Shown: positions 1-10,908, counted from the first letter of the stretch. The stretch: 64,000 nt of DNA from Bacteroidota bacterium (GCA_042584125.1 JBHOTE010000001.1:12974-76973); one strand, 5' to 3'. The notes: a model not told the origin generated them from the sequence alone. A program made the numbers and translations.

Positions 1-2
1 TA

Positions 3-422
3 GGAATACCAACTATTGTAGAGGCTTTTGAAAACCCTTTACCGTATTACGACTTTGCTATTAAAATTTTACTGACAACCTTTACCATCGGTGTTGGGTT
101 TAAAGGTGGTGAGGTAACCCCTCTTTTCTTTATTGGTGCAACTCTAGGAAATGCATTGGCTTTATTTTTACCCTTACCTATGGCTTTACTTGCGGGTATG
201 GGATTTGTAGCTGTGTTCTCTGGCGCTACAAACACGCCCATTGCTTGTACCATTATGGGCATTGAATTGTTTGGAGTTGAAGCAGGGGTATTTATTGCTA
301 TTGCCTGTGTAACGGCTTATTTATTTTCTGGAAACACGGGTATATACTCTTCACAAATAATAGGTTCTGCTAAAAGCGACACCCTTCAAAACACCGAAGG
401 AAAATCGTTGAAAGAAATTTGA
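3..422 (+). CDS. CLC-family channel/antiporter, C-terminal part (5'-truncated by the window), likely CLC-F fluoride type
   Basis: Frame is open from the window edge (GIPTIVEAF...GVGFKGGEVTPLFF...SGATNTPIAC); GEVTP is the CLC-F signature. Confidence 0.85.
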   Translation, partial: GIPTIVEAFENPLPYYDFAIKILLTTFTIGVGFKGGEVTPLFFIGATLGNALALFLPLPMALLAGMGFVAVFSGATNTPIACTIMGIELFGVEAGVFIAIACVTAYLFSGNTGIYSSQIIGSAKSDTLQNTEGKSLKEI

Positions 423-467
423 GTGTTTAGATATTTATATGCTTCAGATAAAAAAAATTAGCATCCT

Positions 468-905
468 TTATTTCAGATACAAAAATTGCTTTTTATAATC
501 AATTACTGCTTCGCCTTTCATCAAAATATCTGCACCTATAATTCCATCAATTGCTTTTGCTCCGTGTTGTATTAGCGCCTGATTTACATGAGACAAATCG
601 AAAACTACCAACTCTAAATTTTTAGTTTTCCACACACCCAACTTCAACTTATTATCAATTGATTTTAAAGTCTCCATGTCGGTTGCCCCAGCACCAGCTG
701 CTTTGGTTTCTGATTCAATAGTTTCTACTCTGAAATAGGGAACTACATCAAAGCCAATACAGGAATTAGAAGCTCCCGTATCTAAAATAAAACGCCCTTT
801 ACATCCGTTTAATTTTCCTTTCAATACCAAATGTTGGGTTTTGGTTATATTGAAAGAAATTCTTTTATATCCTTTTTTTTCTAGGGATTTCTTTAGGCTT
901 GACAT
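468..905 (-). CDS. Retropepsin-like aspartic protease
   Basis: FILDTGAS catalytic motif and GIIGAD C-terminal motif. Confidence 0.85.
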   Translation of the reverse strand: MSSLKKSLEKKGYKRISFNITKTQHLVLKGKLNGCKGRFILDTGASNSCIGFDVVPYFRVETIESETKAAGAGATDMETLKSIDNKLKLGVWKTKNLELVVFDLSHVNQALIQHGAKAIDGIIGADILMKGEAVIDYKKQFLYLK

Positions 906-1003
906 TTTGTTCTATTTTTGCTCAAAGATATTAATGAGAATTGGAAATTTTAAGTTTCTTCTAAAAATTATTTAACTAATTACGATTCAAAAGAATCAAT
1001 AGC

Positions 1004-1771
1004 ATGATTATTACAGATACCCACACCCATTTATACAGCGATCAATTTGACGAAGACAGAAATGAAGTTATTCAACGAGCTATAGATGCCGGTGTTTCTC
1101 GTTTTTTTATTCCTGCCATAGATAGCGAATACACTCAATCTATGTTGGATTTAGAAGCTGCTTTTCCTGAAAATATTTTTTTAATGATGGGGCTACATCC
1201 AACGCATGTAAAAGAAAATGTAGAAGAAGAATTGGCGCTTATTAAAGAATGGCTAGACAAAAGAAAATTTTATGCAATTGGTGAAATTGGAATTGACTTG
1301 TACTGGGACAAAACATTTTTAAAGCAACAACAGCATGCTTTTAGAACTCAAATTCAATGGGCAAAAGAAAGGAAAATGCCAATTAACATTCACTGTAGAG
1401 AGGCTTTTGATGAAGTTTTTGAAATTTTAGAAGAAGAAAAAAATGATGATTTATTCGGAATTTTTCATTGCTTTACTGGAAATTTAGAACAAGCCAAACA
1501 AGCAGTTTCCTTACAAATGAAATTAGGAATTGGTGGCGTGGTCACTTTTAAAAATGGGAAAATTGACAAATTTTTACATGAAATTCCGTTAAGTGAAATA
1601 GTCTTGGAAACAGACGCTCCCTATCTTGCTCCCACTCCCTATCGAGGAAAAAGAAATGAAAGTAGCTATTTAACAAACGTAATTGGAAAATTAGTGGATA
1701 TCTATGGCTTACCATTTGACGAAATTGCAAGAATAACCACTGAAAATTCAAAAACTATTTTTGGAGTTTAA
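1004..1771 (+). CDS. tatD: TatD family DNase/hydrolase
   Basis: DTHTH, GLHP, AIGEIGID, HCF and ETDAPYL motifs. Confidence 0.95.
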   Translation: MIITDTHTHLYSDQFDEDRNEVIQRAIDAGVSRFFIPAIDSEYTQSMLDLEAAFPENIFLMMGLHPTHVKENVEEELALIKEWLDKRKFYAIGEIGIDLYWDKTFLKQQQHAFRTQIQWAKERKMPINIHCREAFDEVFEILEEEKNDDLFGIFHCFTGNLEQAKQAVSLQMKLGIGGVVTFKNGKIDKFLHEIPLSEIVLETDAPYLAPTPYRGKRNESSYLTNVIGKLVDIYGLPFDEIARITTENSKTIFGV

Positions 1772-1775
1772 AAAA

Positions 1776-1791
1776 GCTTCGACAAGGTCAG
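1776..1791. repeat. Possible remnant of a Bacteroidota REP-like repeat
   Basis: GCTTCGACAAGGTCAG resembles the CTTCGACAAGCTCAG-type intergenic repeat (recalled, not searched); only one arm is visible. Confidence 0.3.
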
Positions 1792-1840
1792 AAGAGTACT
1801 TTCTCAAAAAAATATATTCTTAGAATAAATACTACAAAAA

Positions 1841-2320
1841 ATGAAACTAGAAAAAATTGCCATAGCAACACCCATTGGTATTGCAAAAATTAATGGAGAT
1901 GCAGATGGAATTCGTTCTATTATTTTTACAGATAAAAAAAGTCCTGTTACTCCAATAATCCCCAAAGTATTACAAGAATGTGTTACACAGCTTGAAGAAT
2001 ACTTTGAAGGTACAAGAACCGAATTTACCATAAAACTAAATCCTCAGGGAACCGAGTTTCAGAGAAGGACATGGCAAACCCTACAAACCATTCCTTTTGG
2101 AAAAACCATGAGTTACTTAGAACAAAGTAAAATATTAAACAAACCAAAGGCAATAAGAGCCGTAGCAAATGCCAATGGAAAAAACTTACTTGCCGTGGTA
2201 GTTCCATGTCATAGAATTATTGGAACTGATGGCTCCTTAACAGGTTATGCAGGTGGTATATGGCGTAAAAAATGGTTGCTAGATCATGAAATTAAAAACA
2301 AACAGCAGTCTTTGTTTTAA
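1841..2320 (+). CDS. ogt: Methylated-DNA--protein-cysteine methyltransferase
   Basis: VVPCHRII active site, GTEFQ and GYAGG motifs. Confidence 0.95.
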   Translation: MKLEKIAIATPIGIAKINGDADGIRSIIFTDKKSPVTPIIPKVLQECVTQLEEYFEGTRTEFTIKLNPQGTEFQRRTWQTLQTIPFGKTMSYLEQSKILNKPKAIRAVANANGKNLLAVVVPCHRIIGTDGSLTGYAGGIWRKKWLLDHEIKNKQQSLF

Positions 2321-2423
2321 TTAGCATTTTCCTAAATCTCTAAATTATATTTTTAGTTCTCTTACCAATATTTTTCGAACAAATAATTAAACTATTTTTG
2401 TTTATTGAACGTTATTTCATTTC

Positions 2424-5400
2424 ATGAAAAAAATTGGATTGTTTTTCTTCTTCATCATAGGTTTTGCTGCTACAGCGCAAAGTCCGCTATCCAATTACAA
2501 AAGCATCACTTTAAAAGTGAATAAGGACAGCTTGCAATTTTCAAAAGTCAGTATCAATTCCTATAATTTTTCAATAGAAAAAAATGGCATAACACTTCCT
2601 AAATCGGAGTATAAGGTAGATTTCGGAAAAGGGATTCTATATATCGACTCAAAAAAACATTCTGAAATAAAAATTAATTATACTGCTTACCCAGATTTTT
2701 TAACGAAAACTTATCAAGTCTTTGACGAAAAAATTATTGTCCCCTATAGAACACAAAACAGTAAAAAATATCAGCTAAAAGAATCTCAAAAAAGAAATGA
2801 AAAACCTTTTGAAGGATTAAACACACAAGGTAGTTTGGTAAGAGGAGTTACCGTGGGAAACAACCAAGATGCTGTATTAAATTCTACTCTCGACTTACAA
2901 ATTTCTGGAAAACTATCAGACAAAGTTGGCTTACGAGCCTCAATTTCCGACAGTAATATTCCTATTCAAAAAAATGGATATTCTCAAAATATAGAGGAAT
3001 TTGACCGAGTGTATATTGAATTATTCTCAGACTATTGGGGAGTACAAGCAGGCGATGTAATTTTAGCGAACGAAGAAACCAATTTCTTAAAATTCAATAA
3101 AAAAGTTTCTGGTTTAGCAGCAAAAACTAATTGGAATAAAAATGACACTAAAACCAAGATCATGGCTTCAGGAGCTTTGGTAAGAGGTAAGTTTACCCGG
3201 CAGGTTTTTAATGGAGTAGAAGGCAATCAAGGTCCTTATAAACTAAGTGGGCCAAATGGAGAACTATTTATAATTATCCTTTCGGGCAGTGAAACTATTT
3301 ATGTAAACGGAATCCCCCTAAAACGAGGAGAACAAAACGATTACACCATTGATTATAATACCGCTGAAATTACTTTTACAACCACCTACCAAATAACAGC
3401 CAATATGAGAATTAGTGCGGAATTTCAATATTCCGATAGAAATTACACACGTTTTGTAACTTACAACAAGGCACAATTCGAGACTGAAAAGTTAAAAATA
3501 GGTGGTTATTTTTACAATGAAAATGACTCAAAAAACCAACCACTACAACAAAATTTATCTGACGAGCAAAAAATAATTTTAAGAGATGCTGGTAATGATC
3601 AATCTAAAATGTTTGCGAGTAGCGGATTTATTGAAAGTGCAGATGAAAATAAAATTCAATATAAAAAAAACGGTAGTGGGAATTATGAATTTACTGAAAC
3701 AAAAAATGCAAATGAAGAATACTATAGTGTTAACTTTAAATTTGTGGGCAATAACAAAGGTGCTTATAATTTTTTAAGAAATACAGCTATTGGAAAAATT
3801 TATACCTATGTAGGAAATAATCAAGGAAATTATAATCCGCTAATACAATTAATAGCTCCTACAAAATTACAAGTCGCAGCAAGTAATCTAAGCTATACTC
3901 CTTCATCAAAAACAAATATACAATCAGAAATAGCTTTTAGTAACAATGATGAAAATTTATTTTCTGGCATAGACGACAAAGAAAATAAAGGAATGGCCGC
4001 TAAAGTAAACTGGTCACAAATTTATTCTAACAAAAAGTGGCTTATAAAAAGTACAATGAATTTTGATTACTTACATAAAAATTTTAAAACAGTTCAACCT
4101 CTATACAATGTAGAATTTTCGCGTGATTGGGGACTTACCTCAACTATAGGTAATCAAGAATTTATAAAAACTAATTTGGAGTTTTCAAACAAAAAAAACA
4201 CAGACTTTAATTATACTTTTGAAAATTTAAAATTAGGAGAAAGCTATACTGGATACCGACATATTTTTGATTCAAATATTAAAATAGGGAATACAAATTT
4301 TAGAAGTAATACTAGTCTTTTAGAAAATAAAACAGCTATAGAAACAACCTCGTTTATTCGTGCCAATGCATCAATCAAACATCATTTTAATAAGTCATGG
4401 ATTGGAACTTCTTTAGCAACAGAAGACAATAGGATAAAAAACAGAAACACTAAAAAATTAAATCTCTTGTCTCAAAAATTTATTTCCTATGATGCCTTTA
4501 TAGGTGTTGGAGATAGCACCAAAGTGTATGCTAAAATTGGTGTAAACTTCAGGAAAAATGACAGCGTAAAATCAGAGGAACTAACAGAAGTAAACAACTC
4601 TAAAAATTATTTCATAAAATCTAAACTGATACAGAACAAAACAAGTGATTTATCGATATATACAAATTACAGAACTGTAAAAAATAAATTTTCAGAAAAT
4701 ACTTCCTCTCTAAATTCTCGTGTAAATTATCATCAAAAATTATTTAAGAATTTCATCAACCTCTCTACTGTTTATGAAACCGGTTCAGGAGTTTTACCAC
4801 AACAAGAATTTACATATTTAAAAACAGAACCCGGACAAGGATTTTATACCTGGATTGATTATAACAATAACAGCACACAAGAATTTAACGAATTTGAAGT
4901 TGCTAAATTTTCCGATCAAGCCAGTTACCTACGAGTTGCATTACCCTCCATAAATTATATAAAAATTCACCAGAAAAAAATAAGCCAATCTTTACATTTA
5001 GATTTCGCTGCCTTAACAACAAGCAAGCGTTTTAATAAAATAATATCTCAATTTTACAACCAATCGTATTTATTAATTGATAGTAAAAAAGAAAGAACTG
5101 GAACTGGGTTTGATTTAAATCCTTTTAATATTTCTGAAAAAAACAACCTAGGATTACAATATAATTTTAAAAACAGTTTCTTCTTTAGAAAAGGTTTACA
5201 AAAACATTCTACCACTTATATTTATTCAAAATCTAGAGTCAAAACTAATTTAGGTATTGGATTTCAAGAAAACGAATCAAAATTAAATCAACTACAATAC
5301 CAACACCGAATTGGTTTTTATTGGCTCTTAAACATAAGTACTAGTACAGATATTACTAAAAATAATTCAGAAAATTTTGACGAAAGAAATTATCAGATAA

Positions 5401-5795
5401 GTACAGATAAACTAAGTCCTAGTTTAACTTTCAGACACACAAAAAGCACAAGTTTTACTGTTAACTATGAATATGCTCAGAAAAATGAAGATTTAAAATC
5501 TTCAACTTTAACCGCTCAAAAAATGGGTACAGAATTTCAATTCTCACATCCGAAAAAAGGAGCGCTAATAGCTGATTTTAATTTTCATAACAACACTTAT
5601 ACAGGAACTAATAACACGGCAATAGCCTACCAAATGCTAGATGGACTTCAACCAGGGAAAAATTATGTATGGAATTTAATTGTTCAGAAAAAATTAAACA
5701 AAACCCTGCACTTAAACATTAACTATTCAGGACGAAAAAGCAGTGAGTTAAATACAATTCATACAGGAACCATTCAAGTTAGAGCCAATTTTTAG
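2424..5795 (+). CDS. Large conserved hypothetical secreted/outer-membrane protein
   Basis: 1123 aa, N-terminal signal peptide, beta-strand-rich, C-terminal Phe (VRANF). Confidence 0.75.
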   Translation: MKKIGLFFFFIIGFAATAQSPLSNYKSITLKVNKDSLQFSKVSINSYNFSIEKNGITLPKSEYKVDFGKGILYIDSKKHSEIKINYTAYPDFLTKTYQVFDEKIIVPYRTQNSKKYQLKESQKRNEKPFEGLNTQGSLVRGVTVGNNQDAVLNSTLDLQISGKLSDKVGLRASISDSNIPIQKNGYSQNIEEFDRVYIELFSDYWGVQAGDVILANEETNFLKFNKKVSGLAAKTNWNKNDTKTKIMASGALVRGKFTRQVFNGVEGNQGPYKLSGPNGELFIIILSGSETIYVNGIPLKRGEQNDYTIDYNTAEITFTTTYQITANMRISAEFQYSDRNYTRFVTYNKAQFETEKLKIGGYFYNENDSKNQPLQQNLSDEQKIILRDAGNDQSKMFASSGFIESADENKIQYKKNGSGNYEFTETKNANEEYYSVNFKFVGNNKGAYNFLRNTAIGKIYTYVGNNQGNYNPLIQLIAPTKLQVAASNLSYTPSSKTNIQSEIAFSNNDENLFSGIDDKENKGMAAKVNWSQIYSNKKWLIKSTMNFDYLHKNFKTVQPLYNVEFSRDWGLTSTIGNQEFIKTNLEFSNKKNTDFNYTFENLKLGESYTGYRHIFDSNIKIGNTNFRSNTSLLENKTAIETTSFIRANASIKHHFNKSWIGTSLATEDNRIKNRNTKKLNLLSQKFISYDAFIGVGDSTKVYAKIGVNFRKNDSVKSEELTEVNNSKNYFIKSKLIQNKTSDLSIYTNYRTVKNKFSENTSSLNSRVNYHQKLFKNFINLSTVYETGSGVLPQQEFTYLKTEPGQGFYTWIDYNNNSTQEFNEFEVAKFSDQASYLRVALPSINYIKIHQKKISQSLHLDFAALTTSKRFNKIISQFYNQSYLLIDSKKERTGTGFDLNPFNISEKNNLGLQYNFKNSFFFRKGLQKHSTTYIYSKSRVKTNLGIGFQENESKLNQLQYQHRIGFYWLLNISTSTDITKNNSENFDERNYQISTDKLSPSLTFRHTKSTSFTVNYEYAQKNEDLKSSTLTAQKMGTEFQFSHPKKGALIADFNFHNNTYTGTNNTAIAYQMLDGLQPGKNYVWNLIVQKKLNKTLHLNINYSGRKSSELNTIHTGTIQVRANF

Positions 5796-5830
5796 AAAAA
5801 AAAATAATGTACGTTTCCGTAATAAAATAG

Positions 5831-5838
5831 TACATTTG
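5831..5838 (+). promoter_or_regulatory. Bacteroidota sigma-A -7 element
   Basis: TACATTTG matches TAnnTTTG, about 30 bp before the ATG at 5866. Confidence 0.55.
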
Positions 5839-5865
5839 TTCTCAAATAAAAAGAAATAAATTAGA

Positions 5866-6378
5866 ATGAAAAAATTATTATTATTCTTCGTACTTACGCT
5901 TAGTTTAACATTGAGCGCTCAAAAAGCAAGTGAAATTAAAATAGACGTTTTTGATATTTTAGCTTTAAAAACATTAGACGTTTCTTTTGAACGAGTGATG
6001 AATTCAGAATCATCAGTAGGTGTTGCTCTATTATTTAATTTTGAAAAAAAATCATCAAGCTTTCGTTATTCAGAAGAGTTTGTACTATCTCCATATTACA
6101 GACAGCATTTGTTTTACAAAGGAAATGTAAATTTCTTTGGAGAGTTATTTGGAGCACTAAACACAGGTGACATAGATCTTACTCCTGCGGAGATTGCAGT
6201 AGATAAAGCTGATACGTATACAGATTTTGCTTTAGGCTTAGGTTTTGGGGGAAAATATGTTTCAAGTCATGGTTTTGTTGTTGATTTTCATGCTGGAATT
6301 GGTAGAAATTTATTCAATACAGAAGTTTCAAGAGAAATTGTTCCTAGAGTAGGAATTTCTGTTGGAAAAAGTTTTTAA
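5866..6378 (+). CDS. Small outer-membrane beta-barrel protein (DUF3575-like)
   Basis: Signal peptide, alternating beta strands, C-terminal ISVGKSF. Confidence 0.7.
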   Translation: MKKLLLFFVLTLSLTLSAQKASEIKIDVFDILALKTLDVSFERVMNSESSVGVALLFNFEKKSSSFRYSEEFVLSPYYRQHLFYKGNVNFFGELFGALNTGDIDLTPAEIAVDKADTYTDFALGLGFGGKYVSSHGFVVDFHAGIGRNLFNTEVSREIVPRVGISVGKSF

Positions 6379-6394
6379 TAAGAAAACTGTAATC

Positions 6395-6443
6395 ATCAAA
6401 AAAAAAGCTAAACTATCACTTGATAGTTTAGCTTTTTTTTGAT
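6395..6443. terminator. Bidirectional intrinsic terminator
   Basis: AGCTAAACTATCA-CT-TGATAGTTTAGCT flanked by A and T runs, between convergent genes. Confidence 0.85.
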
Positions 6444-6494
6444 TAAATAAACCCTCTAAGAATCTATCTCATTTATTTAGGCCCTAGCCATATT

Positions 6495-8351
6495 CTACTT
6501 TTTTTCTTCTTTTAAATGTGGCCAAACATTATTATTTTTATTAACATCTGCCATTTTATTAGAAGTATCAATCTGAGCTTTTACAACTTCTTTTTCTGTT
6601 ATAAACTGATAGGTAGGCAATACCCAAGACCAATCTGGTAATAACTTTGCAGAAGTCGCCTTATTTCCTCGCATTGCCACCAATGGAATATAAAAATCTT
6701 CTACGCTACCATCTGCATACGTCAATTTCAAATCAATAGGCATTGGCATTTTCCCTATACGTTCTAACAAAATTTCATTAGAATTATTTACACTAACACT
6801 GTAATCAATAGTATTGGTTGTTTGAGTCCAATTATTTAAATACCATTCTAACGAAATACCAGAATTTTTTTCAGCAACTCTTTTAATATCATTTGGAACT
6901 GGATGTTTGAATTTAAAATCTGAATAATAATTTTTCAAACTCTTTGCTGTATTTTCTTCACCAATGATATATTCTAACTGACTTAAAAACAAAGCACCTT
7001 TGCTGTAACTAGAATTACTATATGTATAATTATAATGATAACAATCTGCGTGTGTTGTTAAGGGTTCCTGAATATTATAATTCACCAAATTAAAATAACT
7101 TCTATAAGAACCTGCATTTGGATTTTCCGCCTTAATATCTAAAACTACATCTTCAGCCAAATTAGAAATATACGTCGTAAACCCTTCGTCCATCCATGGA
7201 TGTTTTTGTTCATTCGTTGCTAATACAAACTGAAACCAAGAATGTGCCATTTCATGTGCCACAACTCCAACCAAACTACCCAACTCACGTTGTCCTGTAA
7301 TTAAAGTACTCATAGCATATTCCATACCACCATCTCCCCCCTGAATAACAGAGTATTGTTTGTAAGGATATGCACCTACATGTTTGTTATAATAAGACAA
7401 CAATTCTGCTGTTTTCGGTTGTAATGCTTTCCAGTTTTTCAGGTACTTCTTATCCATATCTTTTTTATAAAGAAAATGAAGTTTTGTTCCTTCTGGTGTT
7501 ACAAAAATATCATGTTTAAATTTAGGATCTGCAGCCCATGTAAAATCATGAACTTTAGGCGCTTTGAAGTGCCATGTTAACTTTTTACCTTTTGCTTTTT
7601 TAACTTTTACTCCTTCTTCTTCATAACCATGACCTACTTCATCGGCGTTTTGTAAATACCCCGATCCACCCACAACATATTTTTTATCAATATGTATGGT
7701 AACATCAAAATCGCCCCAAACTCCATGAAACTCTCTAGCTATATAGGCATCAGCATGCCATCCTTCAAAATCATATTCTGCCATTTTAGGATACCATTGC
7801 GCCATAGAATAAGCAACTCCTTCTCTATTATCTCTTCCAGAACGTCTAATTTGTAAAGGAACCTGTCCTAAAAATTCCATTTCAAAAATAGTAGTCTCAC
7901 CCGATTTGATAGGCTTATCTAATTCAACTTCTAAAACAGTTCCTTGAACATGATAATTTAATGCCACACCATCTTTAAGTAATGATTTCACTTTAATAAA
8001 TCCGATCTCATCTGGTTTTAAAACCGAAATTCTACTTTCAATAATCGGTTTTTCTTTGGTCCCCAAATTCTTAGTCATTCTCACATCCGGATCTTTAATT
8101 GTTTGCAATCTAATATCCATTTCACTATTGGGTTGAAAGGCATTCAAATACAAATGATAAAAAACTTTGGTTAAATCATCAGGCGAATTATTTGTGTATG
8201 TTAAGTTTTGCTTCCCTATATATTGGTGTGATTTAACATCCATGTCAATATCCATCTTATAGGCTACATGCTGTTGCCAATAAGAATTATTTTGCGCATT
8301 TATTCCAAAAGAAAACAATAAAACTAAGACACTTAAACAACTAAATTTCAT
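6495..8351 (-). CDS. M1 family zinc aminopeptidase, secreted
   Basis: GGMEY, HEMAH...WMDEG motifs; signal peptide. Confidence 0.92.
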   Translation of the reverse strand: MKFSCLSVLVLLFSFGINAQNNSYWQQHVAYKMDIDMDVKSHQYIGKQNLTYTNNSPDDLTKVFYHLYLNAFQPNSEMDIRLQTIKDPDVRMTKNLGTKEKPIIESRISVLKPDEIGFIKVKSLLKDGVALNYHVQGTVLEVELDKPIKSGETTIFEMEFLGQVPLQIRRSGRDNREGVAYSMAQWYPKMAEYDFEGWHADAYIAREFHGVWGDFDVTIHIDKKYVVGGSGYLQNADEVGHGYEEEGVKVKKAKGKKLTWHFKAPKVHDFTWAADPKFKHDIFVTPEGTKLHFLYKKDMDKKYLKNWKALQPKTAELLSYYNKHVGAYPYKQYSVIQGGDGGMEYAMSTLITGQRELGSLVGVVAHEMAHSWFQFVLATNEQKHPWMDEGFTTYISNLAEDVVLDIKAENPNAGSYRSYFNLVNYNIQEPLTTHADCYHYNYTYSNSSYSKGALFLSQLEYIIGEENTAKSLKNYYSDFKFKHPVPNDIKRVAEKNSGISLEWYLNNWTQTTNTIDYSVSVNNSNEILLERIGKMPMPIDLKLTYADGSVEDFYIPLVAMRGNKATSAKLLPDWSWVLPTYQFITEKEVVKAQIDTSNKMADVNKNNNVWPHLKEEKK

Positions 8352-8360
8352 AGTGTTTTT

Positions 8361-10028
8361 TTATTTTTTTGAAACCATCTCATCTGCCATTTTCACAGCA
8401 TTGTAAGCATTTACTATTCTTCCTGAAACACATAAATCTGATAAACTAACCATTTCATCTTTTGTTCCAGGCTTAATCAATTTAAAGTTAATTTCTACAC
8501 CTGAGTTCATCAAAATGTATTTTACTTGTTTTGCAGAAAGCTTAGGATAATATGAACGAATCATTGCCGCTACTCCAGCAGTTGAAGGAGAAGCCATAGA
8601 AGTTCCACTTAAATATTGATACTTTCCATTAGGGACTGTTGCATAAATTTTTACACCAGGTGCAAAAACATCAACATTCTTTTTACCATAATTAGAAAAA
8701 GTAGCCAACATATGCTTATCATAACTAGAGCCCATTGCTCCTACCGTAAGCATATTGTCTGCAATCTCATGAATCATATCTGGTGCATCATCATTAGGAA
8801 ATGTAGCTTCAACATCAATATTTACGGCATCATTACCTGCAGCATTTACAATCAACACATCGTGCTTTTCTGCATATTTTATAGCATCATGTACCCATTT
8901 AGAGTTAGGTGAATATCCCTTACCAAAACTAGTATTTATTACTTTTGCTCCATTATCTACCGCGTATATAAGTCCAAGTGCAACATCTTTGTCATACTCA
9001 TCTCCATTTGGCACACAACGAACTGACATTAATTTTACATTTGTTGCAACTCCATCTACTCCTTTACCATTCCCATTCTCCGCTAAAATAATTCCTGCTA
9101 CATGAGTACCATGAATTTCATCAGCTTGTCTGTTCATTGGGTTTCCATTTCCGTAAACTTTGGTTGTGAAATCATTTTCATCATCATTCAATACTTCTCT
9201 AGCATTAAAATCTAAATTTAAATTAGTATCTACTTGAGAAGTAAAATGATCTAAACCTTTTTGAACTTGTTGCATTTGTGCTACGTTACTAGTTCCGTTT
9301 TTTAACATCCTAGCAGTCATTTCTTTCTGCTTTATTAGGTTTTCATCTGTAGTAACAATAGCTTCAACATCTTCCAAAGTATAATCTTCTTTGCCTGTTT
9401 GAGCAACCATAGCTTTGTGAGCCGACTCATATATACCGTAATAGAAAGAGTATTTATTTTTTAATTCAGAAGCCTCTCCTAATTTTTTATCAAAAATTTC
9501 TTTTAGCTTCATATACTCATCATATTCAGCCTTATCTTTTTCAGAAATTTGATTCTCTGTTTTTCCTTCAAATTTTTTCGATTTTTCTTTAATAATTCTA
9601 GTAAGCTCCAAATTCTCATCATAAATCTCTCCTAGAAAATTCCAACCGTGTACATCATCTATATAACCATTTTTATCATCGTCTTTTCCATTATCCGCTA
9701 TCTCTTTTGGATTTGACCATAAAACATTTACTAAATCTTCATGTTGCAAATCAATACCTGAATCATTTACAGAAACTATTATTTCTGTAGATTTTTTTCC
9801 TTTCAAAAATTCATAAGCTTTAGCAACACTCATTCCCGGAATAGTATCATTAACAATATCCGCATGTCCCCATGTATGTTTTTGATTTTCAGTTAATTCT
9901 ACTTTTTTAGAAGGTAGCTCAATTGCATTACTTACAGCTGCAGGAACGGCTATTCTGTGAACAGACTTACAACTTACTAGTGAAGCCATTACTAGGCCTG
10001 AAATGTAAAAAGTTTTTGAAATTCTCAT
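8361..10028 (-). CDS. S8 subtilisin-like serine peptidase (lipoprotein)
   Basis: DSGID, HGTHVAG and SGTSMASP triad; lipobox LVSC. Confidence 0.93.
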   Translation of the reverse strand: MRISKTFYISGLVMASLVSCKSVHRIAVPAAVSNAIELPSKKVELTENQKHTWGHADIVNDTIPGMSVAKAYEFLKGKKSTEIIVSVNDSGIDLQHEDLVNVLWSNPKEIADNGKDDDKNGYIDDVHGWNFLGEIYDENLELTRIIKEKSKKFEGKTENQISEKDKAEYDEYMKLKEIFDKKLGEASELKNKYSFYYGIYESAHKAMVAQTGKEDYTLEDVEAIVTTDENLIKQKEMTARMLKNGTSNVAQMQQVQKGLDHFTSQVDTNLNLDFNAREVLNDDENDFTTKVYGNGNPMNRQADEIHGTHVAGIILAENGNGKGVDGVATNVKLMSVRCVPNGDEYDKDVALGLIYAVDNGAKVINTSFGKGYSPNSKWVHDAIKYAEKHDVLIVNAAGNDAVNIDVEATFPNDDAPDMIHEIADNMLTVGAMGSSYDKHMLATFSNYGKKNVDVFAPGVKIYATVPNGKYQYLSGTSMASPSTAGVAAMIRSYYPKLSAKQVKYILMNSGVEINFKLIKPGTKDEMVSLSDLCVSGRIVNAYNAVKMADEMVSKK

Positions 10029-10047
10029 ATCTCTCTTAGTTTAATCT

Positions 10048-10908
10048 TTATTTAAATATATCCTTAAATGAATACGTGTTCTCTAATCTAATTCCTTTTT
10101 CTGTGCGTTTTACAGTACACAATTCATTAAATGCATCATGTTCTAAAAACAATAAATATTCTTTATCAGCAGCTTCATTTAAAAACAATGCTTTTTCATC
10201 CATTGTCAATAAAGGTCTTGTATCGTATCCCATAACATAAGGCAATGCAATATGTCCGGCAGTAGGTATCAGATCCGCGGCAAATACAATTGTTTTTTCT
10301 TGGTATTGAATGTGTGGTATCATTTGCTTTTCGGTATGCCCATCAACAGATAAAATATCAAAACCTAATTCTGAATTTTCTAAATAAGATTTTCCTTTTA
10401 AGTCGATGAAATTTAATTGTCCACTTTCTTCAATTGGAAGAATATTCTCTGAAAGAAAAGAAGCCTTTTCTCTTGGGTTAGGATTTGTAGCCCAATCCCA
10501 ATGATTATTATTTGACCAAAACTTGGCATTTTTAAATGCAGGCCTTAATACCGTTCTATTTTTATTCCATTGAATGCATCCACCACAATGATCGAAATGC
10601 AAATGTGTTAAAAAAACATCTGTAATTTGATCTCGATGAAAACCTAGTTTGGCCAACGAAGCATCTAAACTAAAATCTCCTGATGGATAATAGTAACCGA
10701 AAAATTTTTCCGATTGCTTATCTCCCATTCCTGTATCCATTAAAATCAATCGATCACCATCTTCAATTAACAAACAACGCAAAGCGATGTCAATCATATT
10801 ATTTGAATCCGCTGGATTTGTACGTTGCCAAATACTTTTTGGCACAACACCAAACATAGCTCCGCCATCTAACTTAATATTTCCAGTTTCTATTGGGTAA
10901 ATCTTCAA
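10048..10908 (-). CDS. MBL-fold metallo-hydrolase (YtnP-like)
   Basis: LDGGAMFG and THLHFDHCGG motifs; probable TTG start at 10908 (ORF track starts at 10935). Confidence 0.88.
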   Translation of the reverse strand: MKIYPIETGNIKLDGGAMFGVVPKSIWQRTNPADSNNMIDIALRCLLIEDGDRLILMDTGMGDKQSEKFFGYYYPSGDFSLDASLAKLGFHRDQITDVFLTHLHFDHCGGCIQWNKNRTVLRPAFKNAKFWSNNNHWDWATNPNPREKASFLSENILPIEESGQLNFIDLKGKSYLENSELGFDILSVDGHTEKQMIPHIQYQEKTIVFAADLIPTAGHIALPYVMGYDTRPLLTMDEKALFLNEAADKEYLLFLEHDAFNELCTVKRTEKGIRLENTYSFKDIFK

